Made by a program: the position numbers and the translations under genes. The notes beneath the pieces are model-generated. The model did no database searches and was not told the origin of the DNA. It was given only the letters and a program-made list of their open reading frames with translations. Of a stretch of 64,000 nucleotides of DNA, positions 44,766-54,804 are shown piece by piece. The DNA is from an archaeon. GTDB lineage: Archaea; Aenigmatarchaeota; Aenigmatarchaeia; QMZP01; JAFGSV01. The stretch is taken from assembly GCA_028279705.1 (NCBI GenBank), contig JANQNF010000016.1, positions 1-64,000 of the forward strand, written 5' to 3'. Positions within the stretch are counted from its first letter, which is position 1; each line of letters starts with the position of its first letter.

Positions 44766-45047
44766 TTAGACAATCCCTAGTGTGATGAGGTGCATGGTAG
44801 CAATGACAGTGTAGATACCCACTAGTGCGAGTGACCCATATCGAGCCATCTGCTTATGGCGATAGGCATACAGGAGAGTGATGCAGAATGAGACAAGGGC
44901 GATTTTGAGCCAAAAGAGATTCATAGGATTGCTATGCGCCATGTCTCGAAGGAGAACGTTCCCCTCTGAGACAATGCCTAGGTAGAGGCCGATGGCGGTA
45001 GCGTAGCCGTCCCACGCATTGAGAAGAAGAAGAATCAAGTGTCTCAT
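44766..45047 (-). CDS. membrane protein
   Basis: internal Met start MRHLILLLL; three TM helices. Confidence 0.45.
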   Translation of the reverse strand: MRHLILLLLNAWDGYATAIGLYLGIVSEGNVLLRDMAHSNPMNLFWLKIALVSFCITLLYAYRHKQMARYGSLALVGIYTVIATMHLITLGIV

Positions 45048-45048
45048 T

Positions 45049-45195
45049 TTAAGCCTCGCTCTGGTAGTAGTCCCAATCCGAGTCAGTCTGTTTCCGCTCG
45101 GGTTCGTCCGCGTGGCATTCGTGGCAGATGCCCGAAGCCTTCTCATCCTGATACAGTTCGCAGCCGCAAACGTCGCATTCGTAGTTTTCCACCAT
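45049..45195 (-). CDS. small zinc-ribbon protein (48 aa)
   Basis: MVENYECDVCGCELYQDEKASGICHECHADEPE...; not in the 60-aa-cutoff ORF track; coordinates approximate. Confidence 0.35.
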   Translation of the reverse strand: MVENYECDVCGCELYQDEKASGICHECHADEPERKQTDSDWDYYQSEA

Positions 45196-45204
45196 TGTCT
45201 CCTT

Positions 45205-45561
45205 CTAAGACACCTGCTCGTTAGTGCGAATGTCCATAATGTAGTGATAGGTGCGGTTTTCGTGGTACTCCGCGCCTCCGCGACCCGTCGCAACCTCCGT
45301 GCCGATGCCGGTCCGATGGTCGCGCTTGCTGCGCTCGACCGTCTCAAGGCGGGACAGTTTCTCTCGCGCCTCTTCGATGGTCCGCGCCCAGCCTACGGTA
45401 CGCTTGCTTGTCCCATATCGAGAATCGACTGCCACGATATGATAGGGTGAAGACAGTTTGCCCGTACCTCGGCCCGTTGCGAAGTTTGCACGTTCCGTCT
45501 TATTGTGAGACAGCACGATTCCCTGCGAGGCAAGAAATTCTTTTGCAATCCGACTAGCCAT
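45205..45561 (-). CDS. hypothetical protein
   Basis: internal Met start MASRIAKEF; last minus-strand gene before strand switch. Confidence 0.5.
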   Translation of the reverse strand: MASRIAKEFLASQGIVLSHNKTERANFATGRGTGKLSSPYHIVAVDSRYGTSKRTVGWARTIEEAREKLSRLETVERSKRDHRTGIGTEVATGRGGAEYHENRTYHYIMDIRTNEQVS

Positions 45562-45702
45562 TAGCCAATCCCCCACGCGATAGCGACAGACAGCGCGAAA
45601 CCGAAAGTTGCGGCGAGCGCAACCAAGTAGGACAAGCGGTTGATTCTCATTGCACCTATATAGTACCTCATGGGCGCAAGTAGGCAAGCGGGGAAATTAT
45701 TT

Positions 45703-45770
45703 TTGTATGCCATTCGCGCGTTTTGTTTCAAAATGAGCATAATGCTTTTTTCTCATAACGAGACACACCG
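45703..45770 (+). repeat. conserved intergenic element copy G in the divergent region
   Basis: TGTATGCCATTCGCGCG...TTTCAAAATGAGCAT...ATAACGAGACACACC upstream of the plus-strand late genes. Confidence 0.4.
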
Positions 45771-45942
45771 GGGGGAGTTTTTTGAGATTTTTCTTGATTT
45801 TGTGGGAATGACCGGGACGGAGGTCCCACGCAATAAAATCCTCGGGCCTCAAGAAGTGTGTATCCAGCACACCAACGGCACCGCCATCCGTGAAACCTCC
45901 GGTGCCCCTTGCAATTCTCTAAGGAACTATCTATATATATGC

Positions 45943-46428
45943 ATGAACGAAAATGAACCAACACCAAGCGGCATTGACACCGTAGAAATCTCGGAAGAGC
46001 TTGCGCGCATGAAAGCGCAGAAGCACAAGTTCAGCTATTATGACGCAGACGATATAGCACAGGAAATCTGGCTGTCTGTTAATAAGGCCGCTAAGAAATT
46101 CGACGGTGACCGCGTGAAAAAGGGTAAGCGCCCGCTATCATTCTTCAATGTCGCTTCAGAGAATGCGCTAAAGAATCTAAAGCGCGACAATAAGATTGCA
46201 GACAACGTGAATCTCGGTGACACGCCGGTACAGGAGGTTGACCATACCATAGCTGGGGAAATGCGTGCCCGCGAGTTGCGCCAGTTCATTCTAGACAAGC
46301 TGCCAGATAAGTTGAAAGAGCCATTTATAAGGCTGGTAGACTATGGTGGCGAAGGCGTCTCGCAGTATATTAAGACCAAGATTCGTCATGCAGTCGCAGA
46401 GATTTTAGAGGAATTCAATGGCGAATGA
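45943..46428 (+). CDS. sigma-70 family-like transcription factor (regions 2 and 4)
   Basis: start set at MNENEPT; DDIAQEIWLSVNKAAKKFD resembles sigma region 2; C-terminal LDKLPDKLKEPFIRLVDYGGEGVSQYIKTKIRHAV resembles region 4 HTH; first gene of plus-strand module. Confidence 0.5.
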   Translation: MNENEPTPSGIDTVEISEELARMKAQKHKFSYYDADDIAQEIWLSVNKAAKKFDGDRVKKGKRPLSFFNVASENALKNLKRDNKIADNVNLGDTPVQEVDHTIAGEMRARELRQFILDKLPDKLKEPFIRLVDYGGEGVSQYIKTKIRHAVAEILEEFNGE

Positions 46429-46731
46429 GATTGTGAGCGTCTCGATTCCACAGATGGATGATGACATTGATATTATTATGGATATCGAGGCTGTTTTAAG
46501 AGTTCGCGGCTTTCATGTTATCGACCCAGAAATTAATCGGGCCACTAATGAAATCGTATATCGCTTTCAAAAGGTGAACGATGGAGAATCTTAAACTCCG
46601 TCTTCCCGTGCTTTGGGTTGAGACGAAACTGAAAGATGGCGTACATCCCCGCTATATCTTCAAGATTCTTGGCTACGAGATGATTGGCGATGAACGCTGG
46701 GACGATGACCCAGACTACATCTATTTTATCT

Positions 46732-46992
46732 ATGAGAAACGTGATTAGAATTATAAAAGACTTTCGCTACTACGTAGTAGAGGACAACGAGCTTTACACG
46801 GTGGCTCGTCCGGTGGAAGTCGGCACAGAAGAAGACACGTTCTATGCTAGTCTAGGCTATAAGGTGGAGCGTCACTTTAGAAAAGGGGACCTGCTAGAAG
46901 CTCGCCTAGCACCCGATTCTAAATTAGCCTTTGTACAATTCGGCACTGAATGGATTGGTCTACTTCCGCGGTTCTGGGAGATGGCCACTTAA
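46732..46992 (+). CDS. hypothetical protein
   Basis: internal Met start MRNVIRI. Confidence 0.45.
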   Translation: MRNVIRIIKDFRYYVVEDNELYTVARPVEVGTEEDTFYASLGYKVERHFRKGDLLEARLAPDSKLAFVQFGTEWIGLLPRFWEMAT

Positions 46993-47005
46993 ACTCTAGC
47001 CGGGA

Positions 47006-47371
47006 ATGAGAGCGAAGCGAACAATGAAGCTTGTAGCTAAATCTTGGGGGATGGAGGTGTGGTTTGTTAACCGCGAATACTGTGGCAAGCGCCTGATTTT
47101 TGCGGAAGACCACCGATGCTCTATCCATTATCATAAAGAGAAACACGAGACCTTTTTGGTTACGCATGGGCGTATCCTACTAGAATATCTCGCGCCGTAT
47201 TCATCGGCTTGGGAATATAGAATTCTAGAAGTGGGTGATACCGCCGAAATAGAAGTGGCCGCCGCTCACAGGATGACCGCGATTGGTGGCAACGCCGCCA
47301 TGATTGAATTTTCAACGCATCACGAAGATGCCGACTCTTACAGATTAGAAAGTGGACAAGTATGGACTTGA
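47006..47371 (+). CDS. cupin-fold protein (WbuC-like)
   Basis: 121 aa; KSWGMEVWFVN...CSIHYHKEKHETFLV pattern of small cupins. Confidence 0.55.
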   Translation: MRAKRTMKLVAKSWGMEVWFVNREYCGKRLIFAEDHRCSIHYHKEKHETFLVTHGRILLEYLAPYSSAWEYRILEVGDTAEIEVAAAHRMTAIGGNAAMIEFSTHHEDADSYRLESGQVWT

Positions 47372-47643
47372 TTTGGACCGCGTTTATCGCGTTTACTGTG
47401 GGTCACATCTTTGGTGACCTCAAGGTATTTGAGAAGTGCTGGCGCGTCTTTGAGCGCGGCTGGTACAGTGTTATGTATCCAGACTACTTCTACGGGCGAT
47501 ACGCAAAAGAGATTCTAGATGCAGCAGAGAAGTATAAGTGTATGCCGCATCAGATTATGTGGAATGGGGAAGAGTTAGTGCCTAATTATAATATTCCAAA
47601 GTGGAGGCAGCCTAAGAGCTACGCTGACATTCATAATGACTAG
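47362..47643 (+). CDS. hypothetical protein
   Basis: 93 aa. Confidence 0.45.
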   Translation: MDLIWTAFIAFTVGHIFGDLKVFEKCWRVFERGWYSVMYPDYFYGRYAKEILDAAEKYKCMPHQIMWNGEELVPNYNIPKWRQPKSYADIHND

Positions 47644-47962
47644 TGCAATCGCTTTAGCTATCTTCGTATCAATCTTTTTCGCCATCACTAAATTTTGGGC
47701 GGCTTGGTATGCCCTAGATAGCGATAAAGATAACCGGCTCGCCAATCGTATCTCGATAATTATGGCTGGGCCGCGATTTCTTGTGATGATTGGGGCGTTG
47801 ATGTTTGGGATGATGGTGCTTGATTGGGATAGCTCTGCTCAGGGCTGGTTCGTTGGAATTGCCTTTGCAGCGTGGATTATATTCACAACGTTAGAAGTTA
47901 TGTACGTCCAAACGAAGCTAAAACAGAAGAAAGAGAACGCCAAAGCTGCTATAGATAATTGA
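47636..47962 (+). CDS. membrane protein
   Basis: 108 aa, three TM helices. Confidence 0.5.
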   Translation: MTSAIALAIFVSIFFAITKFWAAWYALDSDKDNRLANRISIIMAGPRFLVMIGALMFGMMVLDWDSSAQGWFVGIAFAAWIIFTTLEVMYVQTKLKQKKENAKAAIDN

Positions 47963-48180
47963 TTTATAATCGAAAACACAACTTTTGGTGTAGTATATCT
48001 ATGCACCTCAATCACGAAGAGTATTTTGATTGTACCGAATGCGGAACTAGAATATTCATTAGCAAAGCTAATGGAGAATTGGAGCCGCACGACAAGAAGT
48101 GGATTGAAGAGCATGATTGTTGTAAGAGAGCATATTACATTTGGTTAAACCCATCAGCTTGGAAAGATTATGGTAGATAA
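47959..48180 (+). CDS. small zinc-ribbon protein
   Basis: 73 aa; CTECG...CCKRAYY. Confidence 0.45.
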   Translation: MIYNRKHNFWCSISMHLNHEEYFDCTECGTRIFISKANGELEPHDKKWIEEHDCCKRAYYIWLNPSAWKDYGR

Positions 48181-48437
48181 TGAAGTATACGTGGGAAACC
48201 CAAAGAGAATTTTGGAACTTACCGCTAGAAGAACAACAGAGGATATTTAGTACACCTCGTGGAGATGGTTACACTTGTCCTACATGTGGCAAGTTTTTTG
48301 CATACCATTCTGGCCCACCAACTAGTGGAGGTATGTGGTCTTGCTTTGTTCCAGAAGCGGCTGATTATATTTTCCACAATGAGGGTTGTTGTAGCTCTGG
48401 GTGGAGAGAGTTTTGTTGGGGACCGTATATCAAATGA
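48180..48437 (+). CDS. small zinc-ribbon protein
   Basis: 85 aa; CPTCG...GCCSSGW. Confidence 0.45.
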   Translation: MKYTWETQREFWNLPLEEQQRIFSTPRGDGYTCPTCGKFFAYHSGPPTSGGMWSCFVPEAADYIFHNEGCCSSGWREFCWGPYIK

Positions 48438-48593
48438 AGTACCGCAAGTACAAGTGCTCACGTCATAAGTATAAGACTGTACGTGAAGCGGTTGCATATC
48501 TAGAAGGCACACGTCGTGGTCGTGGCAAGGGCATCAGTAAGATGCAGACCCGTCACACCAATTACGAGTGGGTTTTTGTGGAGCGTATTGATG

Positions 48594-49352
48594 CCTAAGA
48601 AGGGCAAATGGGAAGACTGGGAAGTAGACTACTTATATAAACACTACTCCCATAAAACCGATGCAGAGATGGCCGCGGACCTCGACCGCACAAAGACAGC
48701 AGTCGTGGAGCGCCGCCGTCTTCTCAATCTGAAGAAGAACAAGAAATCCATCAAGCCTGAAGACATTCAGCATGTGATGGCTGAGCATACGAAGCTACGT
48801 GAGTCCACTAATGTAGCTGACCTAGACGATGCTCAGCAGCGCCGATTCTGGATTAACGATTTAAAGAACGCGCCTATCTGGGCTGAGTGTATCCAGATGT
48901 TTGATGATGATGAGTTAGAACTGTATAAAGAGAAGTGGATTGATTTCATGATGACACTCGATACCGTTAATGAAATCGAAAAAGGTTCTATCCATATTAT
49001 GATTTCTAGCCTCATTCGTATCAACCGTTACCAGAAGCTCGAAAAAGAGTATCGAGACATTTCTAAAGGTAACGAAGATAGCGAGCTTGCCGCCAAGTCT
49101 ATTTCTTTGCATAAAGAGATGAAAGACATGGCCGAGATGTATCTCAAGGCCCAGCAGGACTTGGACGCTTCTCGCGCACAGCGTATTAAGAAAGAAGGCG
49201 AACAGAAGATTAATCTAATCGAACTTCTCAAGGAACTTGAGAAGAAAGAAGCACGCGAAAAACTCGGACGTGAGGCAGATGCTTTTGAACAAATCAAGCA
49301 ATTAGAAAATGCTAGATTACGTCGTGGCAACTTCATCCGAGGTTCGGAGTAA
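48594..49352 (+). CDS. DNA-binding coiled-coil protein (possible small terminase subunit)
   Basis: start set at MPKKGKWEDW; N-terminal HTH-like KTDAEMAADLDRTKTAVVERRRLL; long K/E-rich coiled coil; placement upstream of TerL but not adjacent. Confidence 0.45.
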   Translation, partial: PKKGKWEDWEVDYLYKHYSHKTDAEMAADLDRTKTAVVERRRLLNLKKNKKSIKPEDIQHVMAEHTKLRESTNVADLDDAQQRRFWINDLKNAPIWAECIQMFDDDELELYKEKWIDFMMTLDTVNEIEKGSIHIMISSLIRINRYQKLEKEYRDISKGNEDSELAAKSISLHKEMKDMAEMYLKAQQDLDASRAQRIKKEGEQKINLIELLKELEKKEAREKLGREADAFEQIKQLENARLRRGNFIRGSE

Positions 49353-49627
49353 TGGTAAAAGACAATGAAGATATGTCTAGGGATTTTCCGCACATCCAAG
49401 ACATTTTTGATGCTATGGAGATTAACCAACGCGGAGATAAGGTAGTAGATTTAATTAACACTTTCGCCAATCTGCTAGGTTCGGCTGCTATGGCGATGGA
49501 CGCGCTCGAAGATGATGGAGCACGTTTTCTCGACAAGCAGAAATTGCAAATGGTCATCAACATAATTATTCATAAGCTTGATGACACGATGAGTGATATT
49601 ATCACGGAGGCCAATAATGGGTCATAA
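49352..49627 (+). CDS. hypothetical protein
   Basis: 91 aa. Confidence 0.45.
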   Translation: MVKDNEDMSRDFPHIQDIFDAMEINQRGDKVVDLINTFANLLGSAAMAMDALEDDGARFLDKQKLQMVINIIIHKLDDTMSDIITEANNGS

Positions 49628-50300
49628 GAAAGACGCAGGGAAGAGCAACATTAAAATCAATCACATCTTCTTTCTACTAGATGATAGTGGTTCAATGAAT
49701 CATTTGCGAAAGCCAACAGTTGACAATTTCAATGAAACTGTTCAAGCACTTAAGGCAGACGCAACTGGCGACCAAGCTAATATGGTTTCACTAGTCAAGT
49801 TTGGCAAAGGTGTAACTACAGTTCGTGAACCTACTGCACTTAGTGAATTTGAAGAGATTAGTATTGAGGAGTACAATCCAAACGCTTGGACACCTCTATA
49901 CGATGGTCTAGGATATGTGATTGGTCAGGCGAAAGCAGCATTTGAAAAGTATAAGAACTTTGACAATGCAGCACTCATCTATGTTCTAACTGACGGACAG
50001 GAGAATGCCTCTAAAGAGTTTAATCGTGAACAGATTAGCTCAATGATTAAGGAGCTACAGGAAGAGGGAAGGTTTACCTTCACATTTATGGGTTGTTCCG
50101 ACGACCTAATTCATGAAGCACGCGCACTGGGTATTTATGATGGCAACACTGTCAAGTGGGACTTCAACCCAGAGGGGCTTGGACAGGTAACTGTTCTTAA
50201 CAACGTTGCAACAAAGAGCTTCTTTGGCGCACGTTCTGCCGGTATGACTGCGTGCTCAGGTTTTTACAGCCATGATGGTTATATGACCGCAGAAGGCTAA
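49617..50300 (+). CDS. von Willebrand factor A domain protein
   Basis: start set at MGHKKDAG; MIDAS motif FFLLDDSGSM plus downstream T and D residues. Confidence 0.6.
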   Translation: MGHKKDAGKSNIKINHIFFLLDDSGSMNHLRKPTVDNFNETVQALKADATGDQANMVSLVKFGKGVTTVREPTALSEFEEISIEEYNPNAWTPLYDGLGYVIGQAKAAFEKYKNFDNAALIYVLTDGQENASKEFNREQISSMIKELQEEGRFTFTFMGCSDDLIHEARALGIYDGNTVKWDFNPEGLGQVTVLNNVATKSFFGARSAGMTACSGFYSHDGYMTAEG

Positions 50301-50301
50301 A

Positions 50302-50760
50302 ATGAGCAAAAAGAAGACTTTCACTATTATCCAAGATACCCGAGAAAAAAAGCCGTGGACTTTTGAGGCTACTGGGTCTGTCGAGGATGTGAGGGTCACT
50401 AAACTCGACACTGGTGATTACTCCATTGAAGGAATGGAAGAAATCTTTATGCTTGAAAGGAAGGCATCAGTTGATGAGTTGTTCGTTAACTTGGGGGTTC
50501 AATGGGCTCGCTTCGAACGAGAGATGGAAAGGGCCAAACCCTATAAATATAAGTACCTCGTCATCGAGGCGACCCTCCCCCAACTTTACAAAGGTTCAAA
50601 GTATTCCAAGATGAGCGGTAAGTTCATCATGGGTAGACTATTGTACATCCAACACAAATATGGAGTAGTGCCTTTGATTGTTGGTAAAAGCCCCTATACT
50701 ACAATGCTGATTGTTCAATTGATGAAGTCAGCAGTCTCAGCCGAAAATGCCGATAGTTAA
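50302..50760 (+). CDS. ERCC4-type (XPF/Mus81/Hef-like) nuclease domain protein
   Basis: 152 aa; IIQDTREKKPW and GDYSIEGMEEIFMLERKASVDEL match the ERCC4 GDx(n)ERKxxxD catalytic signature. Confidence 0.6.
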   Translation: MSKKKTFTIIQDTREKKPWTFEATGSVEDVRVTKLDTGDYSIEGMEEIFMLERKASVDELFVNLGVQWARFEREMERAKPYKYKYLVIEATLPQLYKGSKYSKMSGKFIMGRLLYIQHKYGVVPLIVGKSPYTTMLIVQLMKSAVSAENADS

Positions 50761-52615
50761 TCCCGACTTTCTAGGTTACGAAGCGATGCTAAGCGAGCTT
50801 TACGGAGCACGCTTGGATGATGCGCCACGTACTTCTTACATTGGTTCTGATGCAGTAAGCTTAGGAACCATGACACGCAAAGAAGCACTAGCGCGTGATT
50901 TTCGTACGAACCTAGCACTAACAGCAAAGTACATTCTTAACATCACTTTGTTGCCATTCCAGCTAAGCGTTTTGGAAATGCTTTGGAATAAGCGATTCCC
51001 GTATATGGTAATGACTCGTGGTGGTGGTAAGACTTTCATTCTAGCGGTATACTCCTGCCTACGTGCTTTGCTAACACCGGGTTCTAAGATTGTTCTTGTT
51101 GGTGCGAACTTCCGTCAGTCTCAATTGATTTTCGAATACATCGAGACCATTTACAATAGCGCACCTATGTTCCGCCAGTGCTGCGTTGGTCGTGGTCCAT
51201 CCAAGCAGCCAGCAAAGTGGATTCTCAAAGTTGGCACTTCAACTATCACCGCTGTACCCCTAGGTCACGATGGTAGTACAATTCGTGGTCTTCGTGCAAC
51301 ATGCATCATCGCTGATGAGTTCGCATCTATCCCTGAAGAAATCTTTCAGGTTGTTGTTCGTGGTTTCGCAGCCGTATCTAAAGACCCAGCCAAGAATGTA
51401 ATCGATAAGTGGAAGCACAGGCACCTGAAAGACAAAGGTATCGACACAGAAGAAATTGACACCCAAGGTAACCAAATTATTCTAAGTGGTACCGCATACT
51501 ACACTTTCAATCATTTCTACAAGACCAAAGAACGATACGAAGAGATTATTGGTAACAAGGTTCAAAGTGATGTAGAAAACGAAAATGGAGTTTTAGAAAG
51601 AGTCGATTACAGGGACTATGGAATTATTGAAATTCCATACCAAGCAATGCCGCCCGGCTTTATGGATGTAACCCAGATTGGTCAGGCTAAGGCTACTATG
51701 CATCCTATCTTCTTTGGGATGGAGTATGAAGCTAAGTTCGCCGGTACTACTGGTGGTTTCTTCCCAATGATTGACATTGAGAATGCAACTGCTGGTTCTA
51801 CTCTAAAAGACGACACTGGCGCGGCTAAGCTCGTGAACGGCGAAGCTATCACTAACCCCTATCATGCTATTGAACTAGAAGCTCAGGCTGACGGTATCTA
51901 TGTTATGGGTGCAGACCCAGCGCGTGATACAGATAACTTCGCGGTTTGCGTCATCAAGATTACTAAAGACGGTCACTACAACGTGGTCTATGCTGACGCA
52001 TGGAACCGCAAAGAGTGGGGATACTCCGTTCGTCGTATTAGGGAGCTAATCAAGCGTTTCAACATTCAGCGCATCAGTATTGACCGTGGTGGTGGTGGTA
52101 CAACCATCGAAGACCTACTAAAAGACAAGAGGTATATGGAGCCGGGCGAACTGCCCATCTTCAATATTGAAAAGCAGGACGAAGAGGGAGACTGGTTTGT
52201 TGGTCAAGAGATTTTACAGGTTCAAGACTTCTCAGAATATACTTGGTATCGTAGCGCCAATTATTCTCTCCAAGGAGAAATTCACCACAGGAAAATTATG
52301 TTCCCAGCCAATTATATCGACGAAGCAGTTTATCATAAATTCACTTTCAGGGAAGACGAGATTAATCGCTGTTTTGAGAACGTTCAGGCGATGAGGCTGG
52401 AACTAGCTCAAATTGAGCGCACCGTAAAGGGCTCGAATCGTGAGCACTTCGATTTGCCTGAAGACCAGATTAAACAGGCTAAAGAAAAAGGCGTTATTCA
52501 CCGTAAAGACCGCTACTCGGCACTCCTACTGGCTGCCCATGCCGCCCGAGACTTCCACGGATACGGTGAATGGAAAGACAAGGTGGAATACATCCCCGGA
52601 TTCTGGTTGCAGTAA
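50747..52615 (+). CDS. terL: terminase large subunit
   Basis: 622 aa; Walker A MVMTRGGGKTF, Walker B-like IIADEF, C-terminal nuclease-size domain; precedes portal. Confidence 0.8.
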   Translation: MPIVNPDFLGYEAMLSELYGARLDDAPRTSYIGSDAVSLGTMTRKEALARDFRTNLALTAKYILNITLLPFQLSVLEMLWNKRFPYMVMTRGGGKTFILAVYSCLRALLTPGSKIVLVGANFRQSQLIFEYIETIYNSAPMFRQCCVGRGPSKQPAKWILKVGTSTITAVPLGHDGSTIRGLRATCIIADEFASIPEEIFQVVVRGFAAVSKDPAKNVIDKWKHRHLKDKGIDTEEIDTQGNQIILSGTAYYTFNHFYKTKERYEEIIGNKVQSDVENENGVLERVDYRDYGIIEIPYQAMPPGFMDVTQIGQAKATMHPIFFGMEYEAKFAGTTGGFFPMIDIENATAGSTLKDDTGAAKLVNGEAITNPYHAIELEAQADGIYVMGADPARDTDNFAVCVIKITKDGHYNVVYADAWNRKEWGYSVRRIRELIKRFNIQRISIDRGGGGTTIEDLLKDKRYMEPGELPIFNIEKQDEEGDWFVGQEILQVQDFSEYTWYRSANYSLQGEIHHRKIMFPANYIDEAVYHKFTFREDEINRCFENVQAMRLELAQIERTVKGSNREHFDLPEDQIKQAKEKGVIHRKDRYSALLLAAHAARDFHGYGEWKDKVEYIPGFWLQ

Positions 52616-52650
52616 GCTCCAATCTTTACTATAAATATGTGTATAATTGA

Positions 52651-54804
52651 TTGATTATCTATCATCAATTGATTGGAGATACAATGGCTAAAGATAATAA
52701 GGTCAATCCGCTAACCCCCGAAGAGCAGGCAGAGCTGAATCAGGCTATTGCCAAAGCTAACGAAGAGGTGCTAGCTGCCGGAAATCGTGGTTTTACTGGT
52801 ACAGGCTTTGAACGTGGTGCATTTGCACCGTCAGCTACCACAGTCCACGGTGGATTTCAGGACCACAATCACGCGCAACAGATTAAGAATATGCGCGAAG
52901 CCGATAAGGCTTATAGAGAAGTCGGAATCGTACGCAATGTAATCGATATTATGACCGACTTCGCTTCAGAGGGTCTATCTATAGACCACCCTGTAGAAGC
53001 CCAGCAAAGATTCTATGAAGCATGGGCTAAGAAAGTCAACGTTCAGGAGTTGACACGCCAAATCCTACAGGGTATGTATAAATGGGGCAACGTAGGCGTA
53101 TTTAGATTCTGGGGCAAGATTCGCCCTAGAACTCGCCGTGAAATGATGGCAAAGGCTCGTGAGCTATTTGCACAGGGTAAGGATAGAGAAGCCACTAAGG
53201 CTTTCTTCAGGGACAATAAGAAGTTCCAGAAGTCTCGCATCCCAGTACGCTATACATGCATTCCCCCATTTAGAATTCGAATCTTCGGCACCATCCTATT
53301 TGACGATAGGCGTCATTTCTATAATCTGTCTAATCTAGATAGGCTCAAGCTGGAAAATCCAGAAGAGAATGCTACGCCTATGGAAAGGACTCTAATTGAC
53401 CAGATGCCCGAAGCAACTCGTTTGCAACTACATGCAGACGGTTTCATCGAGATGCCGAAGGAAAACTTCGATATGTTCCACTACAAGCGTGACTGTTCTC
53501 GCTTGTGGGCAGACCCCCTAGTGCTTCCTATTATGGACGACTTGCGCTACAAGAAGTTGCTACGTCGTTTAGATATGAGCGTTGCCGAGTCTATTATTAA
53601 CCCAATTACCGTGTTCAAGCTCGGTAAGACTGTTGAAGGTTTCGCTCCCACTAAGGAGATGTTCCAGAACCTAGCAACTCTACTTAAGACTCCCGTTCAA
53701 ACCAAAACCCTAGTATGGTCGGACCTTATTGAAGTAGAGCAACACCACGTCGATGCTAAAGACGTGTTGACAATGGATAAGTACCTAGAAGTCAACGATG
53801 CTATCTTGGCTGGTTTAGGTATTTCTTCTGTTCTAATCAATGGCGGTCAAATGAGTGGCGGTCGTGCTTCTGGTGGTTTCGCTGGTGCATTCCTATCTGT
53901 ACGTACACTACTTGAGCGCCTAGAAGATGCGCGCACTGTCGTACTACGTTTCCTAAACAAGGAAGTGGAAACTATCCGTAGAGCTATGGGTTGGAGCACC
54001 AAGCCTGTTATCCATTGGAGCCAGATGAGCCTCAAGGATGAAGCTGCGGAGAAGCGCATTGTTATGGACCTACTTGACCGTAAGGTTATCTCTGCTGAGA
54101 GTGCTCTTAGCTTCCTTGGTTTCGATAAGGACATTGAAATGCGTCGTAAGCAGCGCGAAGACAAGGTTAGTGATAGAACTGGCGTTGTACATAGTGTGGG
54201 ACCATTCGAGCAGGGCGTTCAGGTTCAGCAGGGTGAAGACCCGGGTACTCGTAGCGCAGACCTTGGTGAAAAGGACCTTGACCTTCGTAAAGAAGACCTT
54301 GCCGAGAAGCGCAAGATTATGGAACAGAAGCAGAAAGAACAGGGTCAAACAGGCCCAAGCCGTGGCCCCGGTCGTCCGGTCAACCAAGGTGATGAAGAGA
54401 GTCGTCGCCAAAAGACCGAGCGTAAGCCGCGCGTAACCGCCACTATGGTTGAGCACGGTATGCGTAACAGGAAGCTAGTGGAGAACTGGTGGAAACCTCG
54501 TTACCTAGAAGCACTCGGTAAAGACAATCTCCGCCAGCTAACCGCTGACGAGAGGGCAGCCTACGATGACTGCATTAGGGCTATTTACTCACGAGTACCG
54601 ATGTATTCAAATCTTACTGAGGAGTCCGTAGAACGCGCTGCTACTGAGATTATGGAAGGTGGCGTATACGTAAATTCTCAGTTTGCTGAAATTAGACAAG
54701 AGCTTATTGAATCTTTCCGTCGTGAAAATGGTCGTAAGCCTGTTACTTCTGAAATGAAGAGATTAGACAGTGAAGCGTATGCTGCATACAGACAGACGTT
54801 ATAA
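52651..54804 (+). CDS. portal protein (putative)
   Basis: 717 aa directly downstream of TerL; likely true start MAKDNKVNP at about 52684; assignment by synteny and size only. Confidence 0.6.
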   Translation: MIIYHQLIGDTMAKDNKVNPLTPEEQAELNQAIAKANEEVLAAGNRGFTGTGFERGAFAPSATTVHGGFQDHNHAQQIKNMREADKAYREVGIVRNVIDIMTDFASEGLSIDHPVEAQQRFYEAWAKKVNVQELTRQILQGMYKWGNVGVFRFWGKIRPRTRREMMAKARELFAQGKDREATKAFFRDNKKFQKSRIPVRYTCIPPFRIRIFGTILFDDRRHFYNLSNLDRLKLENPEENATPMERTLIDQMPEATRLQLHADGFIEMPKENFDMFHYKRDCSRLWADPLVLPIMDDLRYKKLLRRLDMSVAESIINPITVFKLGKTVEGFAPTKEMFQNLATLLKTPVQTKTLVWSDLIEVEQHHVDAKDVLTMDKYLEVNDAILAGLGISSVLINGGQMSGGRASGGFAGAFLSVRTLLERLEDARTVVLRFLNKEVETIRRAMGWSTKPVIHWSQMSLKDEAAEKRIVMDLLDRKVISAESALSFLGFDKDIEMRRKQREDKVSDRTGVVHSVGPFEQGVQVQQGEDPGTRSADLGEKDLDLRKEDLAEKRKIMEQKQKEQGQTGPSRGPGRPVNQGDEESRRQKTERKPRVTATMVEHGMRNRKLVENWWKPRYLEALGKDNLRQLTADERAAYDDCIRAIYSRVPMYSNLTEESVERAATEIMEGGVYVNSQFAEIRQELIESFRRENGRKPVTSEMKRLDSEAYAAYRQTL

